From a virus (taxonomy: Duplodnaviria; Caudoviricetes): a stretch of 34,144 bases of DNA. The notes under the pieces are model-generated. The model worked only from the letters and a program-made list of their open reading frames with translations, was not told the origin of the DNA and searched no databases. This document shows positions 17,110 through 26,494 of this stretch, one piece after another. The position numbers were made by a program, and so were the translations under genes. Numbering within the stretch: position 1 is the first letter of the stretch; each line of letters starts with the position of its first letter. The stretch spans positions 1 to 34,144 of IMG/VR virus record IMGVR_UViG_3300012953_000100; one strand, given 5' to 3'.

Positions 17110-18290
17110 TGTCTGATTTTTTCTCCAATAAGAGTTCTGAAATTCCTGACGAAATTTGGAAGGCCCCTGCTCCAATGCAGAGGCAAGTAGATGCTGCCGT
17201 TCTATGGGCAGAGCTTACTGGAAAGCATCAGGAAGAAGAACTACCTACAAAAGAGGCAGCCTTCTATCACACTGGCATGGGGCTAGGGGCCGGAGCCGGA
17301 GCCATAATTGGAGCACATAAGGCACAAGAGGGAGACAACTTAGCCAAAAGAATTGCAATAGGCGCTGGCGCTGGCGCTCTTGGTGGGGGAGCAGGTTTCC
17401 ATGCAGCGAGGCTGGCTGCCATAAAAACCCTTAAGAACGAGCGACTGCTTGAGAAAGTACGTAAGCTAAGCGAACAAAATCAAGAACTCTTTGAAAGAGC
17501 GATAGTTGGCGGTGTTACGACCGGAGCGCCCGCTGCTGGAGCTACCGGAGCGGCCCTTTTGGCAGATAAGCTAACAAAAAAACGGAATAGCACCAAAAAA
17601 GAGGCAGCATTTCCTCTAGCCGGCATGATACCCGGAGCCATAACAGGAGCTGCAGTTGGCGCAGCTAAGGGAAATGATAAAGACAGCTTAGCCAAAAGGA
17701 TGGCAATAGGTGCCGGTGCCGGTGCACTTGGAGGGAGTGCGGGTTTTCATGGATCGAGGCTTGCTTTAGGTAAAGTGCTTACGAATCCGACGGTAGTAAA
17801 TAAAATAGAAAAGCTAGGGCCTACGGGGCAGAATCTTGTCATGGGTGGGGCTGTGCTTGGTGCTGGGCTTGCTGCGCCCGCTGCTGGAGGTGCTGGAGCA
17901 ACCCTTCTTGCGGATAAACTAAGAAATAAAAAAACCAAAAAGGAGGCGTCTGCCCTCAGCAAGATGGTTTCAGGCGTAGCAAACAGCCCAGTTGCTGCAG
18001 GAGCAGCAATAGGCGCTCCCGCAGGAGCTGCAATCGAATATGCCGAGGCGAGACCAGGAAAGAAAGGGCTTTCTCGTAGAGAAATAAATCTTCGAGGACA
18101 ACTAGCCTCTTTAAGAGAGCAGGAAAAAATAACCGGAAATAAGGGCGGTAAGATTGATCGCCTAAAGAGAAGGTTAGAAAAGGCCGAAGAAGCCCGCAAG
18201 AATCCTGCAAAAGCCGCACTAAAAGGCGCTGCGCATGGGGCAGCCTTTGGCAGTTTGGGTGGATATCTAGGAGGCAAAGGCCTGTTGTGA
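17106..18290 (+). CDS. Glycine-zipper polyprotein with three modules delimited by KEA[A/S]
   Basis: GxxxG arrays; a roughly 116-aa internal duplication; KEAA at aa 49 and 165, KEAS at aa 279. Confidence 0.85.
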   Translation: MMSDFFSNKSSEIPDEIWKAPAPMQRQVDAAVLWAELTGKHQEEELPTKEAAFYHTGMGLGAGAGAIIGAHKAQEGDNLAKRIAIGAGAGALGGGAGFHAARLAAIKTLKNERLLEKVRKLSEQNQELFERAIVGGVTTGAPAAGATGAALLADKLTKKRNSTKKEAAFPLAGMIPGAITGAAVGAAKGNDKDSLAKRMAIGAGAGALGGSAGFHGSRLALGKVLTNPTVVNKIEKLGPTGQNLVMGGAVLGAGLAAPAAGGAGATLLADKLRNKKTKKEASALSKMVSGVANSPVAAGAAIGAPAGAAIEYAEARPGKKGLSRREINLRGQLASLREQEKITGNKGGKIDRLKRRLEKAEEARKNPAKAALKGAAHGAAFGSLGGYLGGKGLL

Positions 18291-19162
18291 TAAAATTCCG
18301 CAACGAAAAAGTAGTCTCTTTTGAGCTAGACTACCAAGATGTCTTCTGGGAAATTGCTCCGACGATGGAGGATATACAGGAATATCAATTTTTCGTTGAA
18401 AGATCGGAAGCGGAAGCCGGACCCTGGGACCAGATAGCCGGCCCTTTGATAGATCAATATCAGATACGCGACAACAGTGTTCCACTAATAACTACTAACT
18501 CTAGGACTCTTCACTATAGAGTAAAGGCCCTGCACCTCCCATCTGGAGAAATAGAGTACTCAAGGGTATTCGATAGGGAGGGAGACATCACTGTAATGGC
18601 CAAGGAAATGGTCAGATTAGAAAGAGTTCTTTTCTCCGAGTTCGTAGGAGTAAAGTGCTGGTTGTTCCCCAGAAGAACCTTTGGACAGAGATGTCCTAGT
18701 TGTTACGATGAAGTTCTTGACAAAGTAATTGATGACGCCTGTTCGGTGTGTTTTGGGACTTCGTATAGCGGAGGCTATCACCATCCGATAGAATTCTGGG
18801 CGCAGATAGACCAACCAGAAGAAGCCGAGCAAGTTACCGTAGAGGACCATAGGAGAGTATTATATTATCAGCTTAGATGTGGCCCCTCACCCGCTGTTAA
18901 GCCCTTAGATGTTATAATCGACCATCAAAATAGGCGTTTTAGAGTAATTCAAGTTGGCGGAACTTCTCGATTAGGAGTTACCGTACGGCAAGAAGTTAGA
19001 TTAGTTAATATACAAAAGGGGTCCATAGAAGATAGAATACCCTTAAAGGTCGATCACGCTATCAAAGATCTAGTACCGAAAAGAGTTTTTAGTAACTCCC
19101 AGTCTGTCTCCAGTTCTGACGTAGATCTAGACACGATTCTAAGTCCGTATAGGTATAAGTAA
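18287..19162 (+). CDS. Putative neck/head-closure protein with N-terminal FN3-like segment and Zn-binding Cys pairs
   Basis: VFWEI...YQFFVERSEAEAGPW, CPSC...CSVCFGT; located between the adaptor and tail genes. Confidence 0.6.
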   Translation: MIKFRNEKVVSFELDYQDVFWEIAPTMEDIQEYQFFVERSEAEAGPWDQIAGPLIDQYQIRDNSVPLITTNSRTLHYRVKALHLPSGEIEYSRVFDREGDITVMAKEMVRLERVLFSEFVGVKCWLFPRRTFGQRCPSCYDEVLDKVIDDACSVCFGTSYSGGYHHPIEFWAQIDQPEEAEQVTVEDHRRVLYYQLRCGPSPAVKPLDVIIDHQNRRFRVIQVGGTSRLGVTVRQEVRLVNIQKGSIEDRIPLKVDHAIKDLVPKRVFSNSQSVSSSDVDLDTILSPYRYK

Positions 19163-19530
19163 TGCAGAAAAATAAAAAAGAAAAAAGGTCCCTAATCAAA
19201 ACAGTGGCAGTGCCTGCTTTAGCCAGCGTTGCTGGTTACGGTATGGGGTCTTTGACGGGTGGACTAGCTGCGAATGCATTATTTAAAAATAAAACCATAG
19301 CGAATAAACTCATGTCTATGAGTCCCGAAAAAAGAAAGAGAGCCGTAGACAGAATAAGACTAGTCAGTAGGAGCGTAACCGGAGTTGCGGGTGCATTAGG
19401 CAGCGCCGCTACCGCTAATTATGTGAAGAGAGAGTTAGATAAAATAGAAAAGAAGGGCTCGACTAGCTTTAATGAAAAAACTGCATCAGTATATACTGTA
19501 TATCTTCAAGCATTAGAGAGAACTAGATGA
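19162..19530 (+). CDS. Small basic glycine-zipper membrane-type protein with C-terminal EKTAS tail
   Basis: ALASVAGYGMGSLTGGLAA and VTGVAGALGSAATA; coupled to its neighbours on both sides. Confidence 0.75.
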   Translation: MQKNKKEKRSLIKTVAVPALASVAGYGMGSLTGGLAANALFKNKTIANKLMSMSPEKRKRAVDRIRLVSRSVTGVAGALGSAATANYVKRELDKIEKKGSTSFNEKTASVYTVYLQALERTR

Positions 19531-20351
19531 GTACTTCTAACACTCGGAGATTCCCACTAACAATAGAGAGGGGAGACGATCCGGCAGCGTTCGGGCTTCG
19601 CCTATATGTGCAGTTTCTTCAGGGTTTATTTAACTGGATGCCTCCCGGTACATTTCATTGGGAGCCCGATGCGGAAACTTCTGAAGTGGTAATTAGGGCC
19701 CAGGCTCCCCTAGATATGAAGACGGTAGGTAAGCGCCCAGCCATTACGGTAGTGATGGGTCCGTATCAGTATGGCGGTATTGGGATGGATAACCTGCTAA
19801 AATATGATATGAATACAGGTGAAAGAATAAGAACAGATCTGCTAAGTGGTCATCTTATTGTTTATTGTATTGCAAATAGTGATATTATCGCCATGAGACT
19901 AGGACACCTAGTGGCCCACCACACTCGAGATAGTCAGCGACTTTTAGAGAGTAAGGGCGGATTTCATTCGATAGCTCGTCCGAGCCCATCGATGAACTCT
20001 CCTAGTCCCCCAGGACAACTAATTATGGGAGACCCTCAGAGTCTTATTATGGTACAAGTAAATATTCCATATCAAATACAGTGGACTTGGTCTAACCTTC
20101 CGTCTACTAAGTCTCCTCAGTTTAGATCATTGGATCAGGTTACTGAGGAAAGAAGAGCATCAGAATATAAGTATCCAGAATCCCAGACAGTCCAATCAAT
20201 GAAATTGGCTATGTCTACAAAAAACGTATTAGTTAAGAAATTGAGTGGCTCAGCTAAAAACAATAACGTCCAGAATCCTTCGATCGTCACCGTCCATGAA
20301 GGGGTTGAGGACTTTCAAATTTCAGGACTTGAATCCTTTCAAGACGACTAG
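19527..20351 (+). CDS. Putative tail completion/terminator protein
   Basis: Immediately upstream of the sheath gene; RPAITVV motif and alpha/beta pattern typical of tail terminators. Confidence 0.55.
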   Translation: MSTSNTRRFPLTIERGDDPAAFGLRLYVQFLQGLFNWMPPGTFHWEPDAETSEVVIRAQAPLDMKTVGKRPAITVVMGPYQYGGIGMDNLLKYDMNTGERIRTDLLSGHLIVYCIANSDIIAMRLGHLVAHHTRDSQRLLESKGGFHSIARPSPSMNSPSPPGQLIMGDPQSLIMVQVNIPYQIQWTWSNLPSTKSPQFRSLDQVTEERRASEYKYPESQTVQSMKLAMSTKNVLVKKLSGSAKNNNVQNPSIVTVHEGVEDFQISGLESFQDD

Positions 20352-20363
20352 GAGATTTTTCTA

Positions 20364-23300
20364 ATGGCTTCTATAAATAGACCAGGTGTAACCGTTGTTC
20401 AGGAATTGTCCGAGACCCCCGCTGCGGTCTCGAGCCCTACTCTTGTTCCGGTTGTTGTGGCTCCCTGCCACCAGATAGTAGAGGCTATTACTTCTACTGG
20501 AGAGCTTAACCAGGATGCAAAGCATTCCGCGGAAAAGTATAATCAGAGGGCAATAGCTATTCCTCAGGGTAACTTTCCAGATCCTCGAGCTAACATCGAC
20601 GAAATAAATGTCGACGAGAGCGAAGTAAACGCCCGACTTTACTTTGGAGGAGCTTTAAGTAACTTAGACAGGGGGTCCAACGGATCAGAAGGATCCGCAT
20701 TTCTATCCGGCGCAAACCTTTCTACCAGCGCTGCGTTCTTTTTTCCAGTGAGTACTGCAGGCTCTTATGCCATTGGCGGAGGCGAGGCAGGACAGAATCT
20801 AATCTTGGGCTTTAACCTAAATAACCCAGGTAACCGAGCTTCAGACGTCACTATTCGTTTTGACGCAGGACAACACACGCCCGAAGCAGTAGCTACTGCT
20901 ATTAACCAGGCAGTAGGCGTGGAAGTAGCCGAAGTAATCGAAAACGGAGCATACGGAATCCAATTTGGAGTGGGAAACACTCTTGTCGATGGAGAAGCGA
21001 CCGTTTTTATAAAGACCGGTCTGCCAGGAGCTACTGGAAACATTCAAATAAGAAATAACGCCTCAGCACTCGCTACTTTCTTTACTGCTAACAATATAAA
21101 CGCTGCTAAAGTTTATAGAATCGAGGGCTCAGGATTTAGGGCTCAGGACGATGAAGATGGGGACCTCACTAGTCCTTGGATTGAGTGGCATAGAGGGGCC
21201 CTTCATATCGGGGATCCTGGAACAGCTCTAACGGACAACGATGTCGCTAATAGCGCCTTTGGTACCGTTACTGGATGGGCAGGGACTTTCTCCGCTCAAA
21301 CGTCTACCTTTGCCCCTTCCAAGGGGACTGCTCTTGACTTTCTTGGTGCCGACGCGAATATTCCATTAAAGGCCGCCACAGCAACCTCTAGAGGGGACGA
21401 ATTTTGGGCAGATGGTACTTTAATTGGAGACGGAGAAATTATTGCCGTCGAGGGTACCCGATTTAAAGTAGGGATTTTAGATGTAGGGCTAAGTTCGTTC
21501 GATGCAGACGGCAATGCCACCTCTAGAGTGTATACTTCTGTAGAATTTAACACTCCCCTACACAAAGCCCCTTTCTCGCCAAAGTACGCTTACTTTGTCG
21601 CTAACGGACTAGTTTGGGGAGAAGTTACTCCAGAAGGAACGTCAGCGTCACTAACGGGAACTGTCGCAGGTAACGCCGCTCGCCCCGCAGTTGTGATGAG
21701 TTCTGTGGACGCCACTGTCGAGTTGCCAAATGTTGCAGGATTTACCGTAACGGTAGGACTAACTATTGATGGAATTCAGCAACCGGAGCAAACAGTTACT
21801 TTGGTTGGAGGTCCCGCAACATTTAACGCATTAGCTGCGGATATAACTGAGGGACTGAACGGCGTAACCGTAACCGCTGTTGATGTTAGCGGTGATGGGC
21901 AAGATGACAGATTTATCTTTTCTACAGATAGAGCAGGGGCAGATCAAGAGATCGTAGTGAGAGCTACCGGTGAGAACTCTCTTGTCCCTTCGTTAGGGTT
22001 TCCTGCTACCGCTACAGGCAGCGGCAGTGACATAGAGTTTGCAGAAAAAGCGTTTATCGTAGGAGACTACTTAAACGGAGCATCGGTAAAGTCTCAAACT
22101 GACGAAGTCCAACTAACCCTCACAGTTACTGATGAGTTTGGAACACACGAAAAAGCGCTAGAATCCGCACTCGATCATGGCGATAACCTAGATACTGTGA
22201 TTGCAAGACTCGCAGGTGCTCAGCAAGGCGATGGGAGTTTTTCCTACGATATACGCCTGGGCAGCGCCCCTGACGGCAACGGACTGCACATAGCGACCAT
22301 AAGCCTTGTGGACTCGGACGGCGATCTCTCTAGTATAGGCACTGCCGGAGCAATAAAGATCGAAACAGTGTCCTCTGGGGCTGATGTAGACATTGACCTC
22401 GACCTGCAAGCCCAGAGGGACAGCTCCGAGTTAACTTGTCTAGGATTCTCTAATGTAGGGTCCGTGGGAATTTTAAGAAGTGAGCCTTTTGACGGATCGC
22501 CACAAGGAAATATTCTTGCTCAGAACGACGTTATCTCCTTTGAATATGCCGGTAACGGGGCGTTTGAACCCATTACATTCACGGCACTACAAGATATTGC
22601 AGACGCCGATGCGTTACGAGCTGCATTAGCTGCCTCCGCAAATTTCAACCAGGTAGCGGTAGATCGACTAGATGGCGGGGATTTTTCCTTTCACATTGTT
22701 CCTGAAGTAGATTCAGACTTTACGGGGCAGGTACGTCTAGAGCTTAGAACGGGCACGGATGAGAATGCCAGAGTAAGGACCGTCGCGAACGCGCCCATAG
22801 CTAGCTTAGGGTTCTCAGAAATAGCCGTTGAGATTGCTGAGTACAGTGCGGCAGGGACACCAAATAATACAGACACTGGCGTGGATTCTCTGGCAGGGAC
22901 GCGGCTTGCGTTTACTCTAGATGAGAATCCTTATGTTTATGAGATCGATTTCCTGACCAACTCTCTTTCGGACGCGATTGACGCAATTAATTCGGCCATC
23001 GGTGGTGCCATCGACATTGCCTCTGAGGACCTTAGGCGTCTAGTCCTTACTTCGAGTTTTGCAGGTACGGCTTCTCAGGTATTCATAGATTCCGCTCGGA
23101 GCGTTTCTGCTCCCGCTCTACTTGGGTTAAGTGGATCTGCACAGGGATCTGGACGTCCTAACCCAAATTTTTACCTTAATGGGGATGGCACTGTTATCAT
23201 CGGGGCAAACATTCTTCGTAACAGAACTACGGGGATTCCCTATAATCTTCGAAGTGCGCTGGCCGACATTTATATTGAATATAAAGGGTTGAGATTAGAC

Positions 23301-24677
23301 GTAACACCTTCCGCCCAAGAACCGGATCTTCTAACGTTTGACGATGTGGACACAATGATTGCCGCCATCGGTCCAATTAGTACTGAGAATCCCTTGGCAT
23401 TGGCATGTTTTCTAGCCCTTAGTAATGCTCCCACACAAAGTGTATCCGCTATCGGCGTAGCCGCGACTACTCCGGCGGCTCCAATGGGCACTGTAGCTGC
23501 ACATGCCTCTGTTTTAGATTTTCTAGAGGCAAAAGAAGTCTACGGAGTTGCTCCAATGACTGACAGTACTTTTGTGCAGCAGTTGTACGGAACGCACGTA
23601 TCCTCGATGTCTAGGCCCGAAGAGCGAGGAGAGCGAATAGCTATTATTTGGCAGGGAGAGCCTAGCAAGTCGACTGACATATCTATTCAGTCAGGAGAAG
23701 ACGCCGAGACAAATGGTTCAGATAATAGCCTAACAGTCGGGACTAACCCTGTTAGCGCAATCGTTGGAGCGGGCATTTCGGATCCGGACGATATTCCCGC
23801 TGATGCTGACTTGTACATGGAAGTAATCTTGGTTTCTCTGGGAGAAACGACCGTTAGAAATTACTCTATTGCATCTGCAAATGGGGTAGTTCTGACGCTT
23901 AGAACTACTTTTGCTGCCGACGAAAACATTGACGGGTTTTTCTCTACAACTGCACTAGACGGAACGGATGATCTAACCGCACTTACTTACGCAATAAGAG
24001 TAAGAGGAAGCGACCTAGTAATTCCAGGAACCGATATCCCAGATAGCGGGGCGATTGCCACTGCTGCTGCGGAGCAAGGAACCGCATATTCAAACCGTAG
24101 AGTCTTTATGACGTATGGTCGCTCGGTAGACACTGTTATCGAAGGCGTCGTGACAAATGTTCCTGGCTATTATGTGTCAGCTGCAATCTCAGGGATGATT
24201 GGCGAGCAGGCACCACAACAGCCATTTACTAGAGTCTCTATAAACGGATTCAGCCGTGTATACGGAACAGACGACACCTTTAGCGAAAATCAGCTAGATA
24301 CTATTGCCGATGGTGGACGGTATATCCTCATCAATCAGGGAGGCAGAGTAGCCTCTAGGCACCAAAGATCCACAGCCACTACTAGTATAGAGGCAAGAGA
24401 ATTATCCATAACAAAGGCAATCGATTTCTTAGCCAAGGGATTGAGAGCAACAAACAGAGTATACATCGGACGTTATGTAATTAACCCCGGGTTTATCGAT
24501 CAGTTAGTAATGTCGAACGAAGGCTTCCTTGCACGTACTGTTCAAGCGGGGGTAGTCAATTCAGCAGCATTGAGGAGCGTGCTTCAGGATGAAAGTGCGC
24601 CAGACACTGTTTTGGTTGAAGTAGAAGTTGCTCCGGCATACCCCTGCAACAAAATTAGAATAACCATTGTTTCTTAA
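20364..24677 (+). CDS. Contractile tail sheath protein, unusually large
   Basis: N-terminus RPGVTVVQE and C-terminus PGYYVSAAISG...QQPFT...ELSITKAIDF...VEVEVAPAYPCNKIRITI are typical sheath termini. RBS AGGAG. Confidence 0.88.
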   Translation: MASINRPGVTVVQELSETPAAVSSPTLVPVVVAPCHQIVEAITSTGELNQDAKHSAEKYNQRAIAIPQGNFPDPRANIDEINVDESEVNARLYFGGALSNLDRGSNGSEGSAFLSGANLSTSAAFFFPVSTAGSYAIGGGEAGQNLILGFNLNNPGNRASDVTIRFDAGQHTPEAVATAINQAVGVEVAEVIENGAYGIQFGVGNTLVDGEATVFIKTGLPGATGNIQIRNNASALATFFTANNINAAKVYRIEGSGFRAQDDEDGDLTSPWIEWHRGALHIGDPGTALTDNDVANSAFGTVTGWAGTFSAQTSTFAPSKGTALDFLGADANIPLKAATATSRGDEFWADGTLIGDGEIIAVEGTRFKVGILDVGLSSFDADGNATSRVYTSVEFNTPLHKAPFSPKYAYFVANGLVWGEVTPEGTSASLTGTVAGNAARPAVVMSSVDATVELPNVAGFTVTVGLTIDGIQQPEQTVTLVGGPATFNALAADITEGLNGVTVTAVDVSGDGQDDRFIFSTDRAGADQEIVVRATGENSLVPSLGFPATATGSGSDIEFAEKAFIVGDYLNGASVKSQTDEVQLTLTVTDEFGTHEKALESALDHGDNLDTVIARLAGAQQGDGSFSYDIRLGSAPDGNGLHIATISLVDSDGDLSSIGTAGAIKIETVSSGADVDIDLDLQAQRDSSELTCLGFSNVGSVGILRSEPFDGSPQGNILAQNDVISFEYAGNGAFEPITFTALQDIADADALRAALAASANFNQVAVDRLDGGDFSFHIVPEVDSDFTGQVRLELRTGTDENARVRTVANAPIASLGFSEIAVEIAEYSAAGTPNNTDTGVDSLAGTRLAFTLDENPYVYEIDFLTNSLSDAIDAINSAIGGAIDIASEDLRRLVLTSSFAGTASQVFIDSARSVSAPALLGLSGSAQGSGRPNPNFYLNGDGTVIIGANILRNRTTGIPYNLRSALADIYIEYKGLRLDVTPSAQEPDLLTFDDVDTMIAAIGPISTENPLALACFLALSNAPTQSVSAIGVAATTPAAPMGTVAAHASVLDFLEAKEVYGVAPMTDSTFVQQLYGTHVSSMSRPEERGERIAIIWQGEPSKSTDISIQSGEDAETNGSDNSLTVGTNPVSAIVGAGISDPDDIPADADLYMEVILVSLGETTVRNYSIASANGVVLTLRTTFAADENIDGFFSTTALDGTDDLTALTYAIRVRGSDLVIPGTDIPDSGAIATAAAEQGTAYSNRRVFMTYGRSVDTVIEGVVTNVPGYYVSAAISGMIGEQAPQQPFTRVSINGFSRVYGTDDTFSENQLDTIADGGRYILINQGGRVASRHQRSTATTSIEARELSITKAIDFLAKGLRATNRVYIGRYVINPGFIDQLVMSNEGFLARTVQAGVVNSAALRSVLQDESAPDTVLVEVEVAPAYPCNKIRITIVS

Positions 24678-24689
24678 GAAAGGTTTGAA

Positions 24690-25505
24690 ATGACACTCTC
24701 AAAAACCCTAAGGCAAGTAAGCTCGTTCGCTTCTAGATGGCGAACTCAACGAATTAACCGACGTCTCGACGACCGAGACCATGTCCTAGCAGAAGGCGTT
24801 CAGCTTCTGGAAGAGTGGGATTACGCTTCTCTTCCTGTTATCGAAGCGGTGGACGGACACAACGAGGATGATGCTACCGATCTAGAAATTGTAGTTCATA
24901 TCGGCGGCTCTGGACTCGGTAGTAGTACTTCCGGTGCCTTGCACGTAGAAGCTGCTCCAGGAGATGGCGAAGTCGCAGGACAAATTCAGTTCACAAGCCG
25001 TCTGCCTGGCGCATCTCAGGACGGCATTCAGGTGGTATTTACTGTACAGCCGGCAGCAAACGCTGACGGTCCGATAGCGGCAGCAGACAGTATTTCTGTT
25101 GCCGAGAGAACCATTACTATTGTATTGGCTAACGATAGCTCAACTACTGCTACTGAGGTGGTTGGCTTGGTTACTAATAGCGCCGGAGCAAGTGCTCTAG
25201 TCACGGCAGCGGCCGCAAATGGAGCGGGAGCTGGACTAGTAATTAGTGCAGCTACTGTTGAGCTAACCGGAGGCGCTGGCGAGGGCCTTTCTATGGCAAG
25301 CATTGGCGGATTCGATGTACTTGATGCAGGCGGTAATAGTCGAATCACTGCCACGGATTCCGCTAGTGACACGATCTCAATTACAATGGGTGCCGATGAT
25401 CGTACATCAGGTAGATCCGTTGTATTGATCCTGAAGCCTGAAAATGTTCAGTGCCCGCCATTGCTTCTGCCAATGCCTGCTGCACATGATCATGATGAGG
25501 GCTAA
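24690..25505 (+). CDS. Putative tail-associated structural protein
   Basis: Lies between sheath and tube; A/G/T-rich, with a segment resembling the sheath insertion repeats (IQFTSRLPGA, TTATEVV). Confidence 0.7.
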   Translation: MTLSKTLRQVSSFASRWRTQRINRRLDDRDHVLAEGVQLLEEWDYASLPVIEAVDGHNEDDATDLEIVVHIGGSGLGSSTSGALHVEAAPGDGEVAGQIQFTSRLPGASQDGIQVVFTVQPAANADGPIAAADSISVAERTITIVLANDSSTTATEVVGLVTNSAGASALVTAAAANGAGAGLVISAATVELTGGAGEGLSMASIGGFDVLDAGGNSRITATDSASDTISITMGADDRTSGRSVVLILKPENVQCPPLLLPMPAAHDHDEG

Positions 25506-25535
25506 ACAATAATCCCATAACCTAAGGAGAGCCCT

Positions 25536-26234
25536 ATGGCATCTTTATCAAATTGGTCTCCATATGAGACCAGAGTCCAAGGCGGAATGGCCGATGGACG
25601 ATTCATGAACGCAGCGTACACTGTGATTGCCGCAGGGCCTCCTCGTCTTGCAAATGTGGGTGGTCCTGAATTCCTAGGTGCAGCTTTAGCTGCTGGGGAT
25701 CAGTCAGAAGATATGCTTGCGTATCCAATTGGCGTGGTTCAGAATTTTAATCTAAGCCACAATATGCAGATCAGCAGAATCTTTGAAATAGGCTCTGTTC
25801 GTTCTTACTACATTCCTGGACGAGTAATGGGGCAGATTGGGCTGGGTAGAGTTCTCTATCACGGCCCCTCTCTTCTGAGAGTTCTGTACGCGTACTATCA
25901 GGATATTATCCCTCCGACATTTATCCGTCCTACTTTTCCCAATTTAGGGTCTGCTACCGTAGCTAACCCTCACGATGTAATCATTCCTCCTGGGTATGAG
26001 AACATTTTCCTCAATCTTGCTTCTGACCTTTTTACTCAGCCTGTGGGTATGTTAATGTTAATGAAGGATAGTAACGAGGACACGTTGGGTGCAGGGTATT
26101 TTGAGTGTTGCCACGTTCCAAACCATTCGTTATCGACAGATGCTATGGGAACTTTGATCCAAGAAACGGCAGCTGTTCAGTTCGAAAGACTGGTTCCTGT
26201 TAACACTGAGGTCGTATCACTCATAACTGGGTAA
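25536..26234 (+). CDS. Tail tube protein
   Basis: RBS TAAGGAG; PIGVVQNFNLS...RIFEIGS...YYIPGR and a C-terminal IQETAAVQFER pattern; downstream of the sheath gene. Confidence 0.75.
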   Translation: MASLSNWSPYETRVQGGMADGRFMNAAYTVIAAGPPRLANVGGPEFLGAALAAGDQSEDMLAYPIGVVQNFNLSHNMQISRIFEIGSVRSYYIPGRVMGQIGLGRVLYHGPSLLRVLYAYYQDIIPPTFIRPTFPNLGSATVANPHDVIIPPGYENIFLNLASDLFTQPVGMLMLMKDSNEDTLGAGYFECCHVPNHSLSTDAMGTLIQETAAVQFERLVPVNTEVVSLITG

Positions 26235-26236
26235 GT

Positions 26237-26494
26237 ATGGACAGCTTAATATTAGAGTTCTTTCAAGATGAGCTTATTAAGTTAGCCTCTTCCGCTAAAA
26301 AGCGGAAGAGGCACACTTATTATATGGCGAATAGAAATGCAATCTTGAATAGACAAAGAATGTATAGGCAGAAGAACTCTTCTAAGATAAGAAGAAGACA
26401 AAAAATATATAGAAATAAAGTTAAGTCTGGGGCTCGCAAAGTAAGAAAGAGAATTTCTACTGGAAACTCCTACTCATACGGAAGCTACAGATGA
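26237..26494 (+). CDS. Highly basic small protein with FFQDELIKLA leader; putative DNA-condensing internal protein
   Basis: An acidic/hydrophobic 17-aa leader followed by a K/R/Y-rich body with no acidic residues. Confidence 0.75.
   Translation: MDSLILEFFQDELIKLASSAKKRKRHTYYMANRNAILNRQRMYRQKNSSKIRRRQKIYRNKVKSGARKVRKRISTGNSYSYGSYR

Noticed and set aside
17480-18303. Ala/Pro-rich minus-strand ORFs opposite the glycine-zipper gene
   Set aside because: These are the expected antisense open frames of GGN/GCN-rich codons, with no RBS or independent support.
20364-24677. Intein or intron explaining the large sheath or terminase
   Set aside because: No intein C-terminal HN-[CST] junction with LAGLIDADG motifs was noticed, and the frames are uninterrupted.
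20364-26234. Bacterial contractile injection system (eCIS/tailocin) instead of a phage
   Set aside because: Terminase, protease, capsid and neck genes are present, which indicates a DNA-packaging phage.
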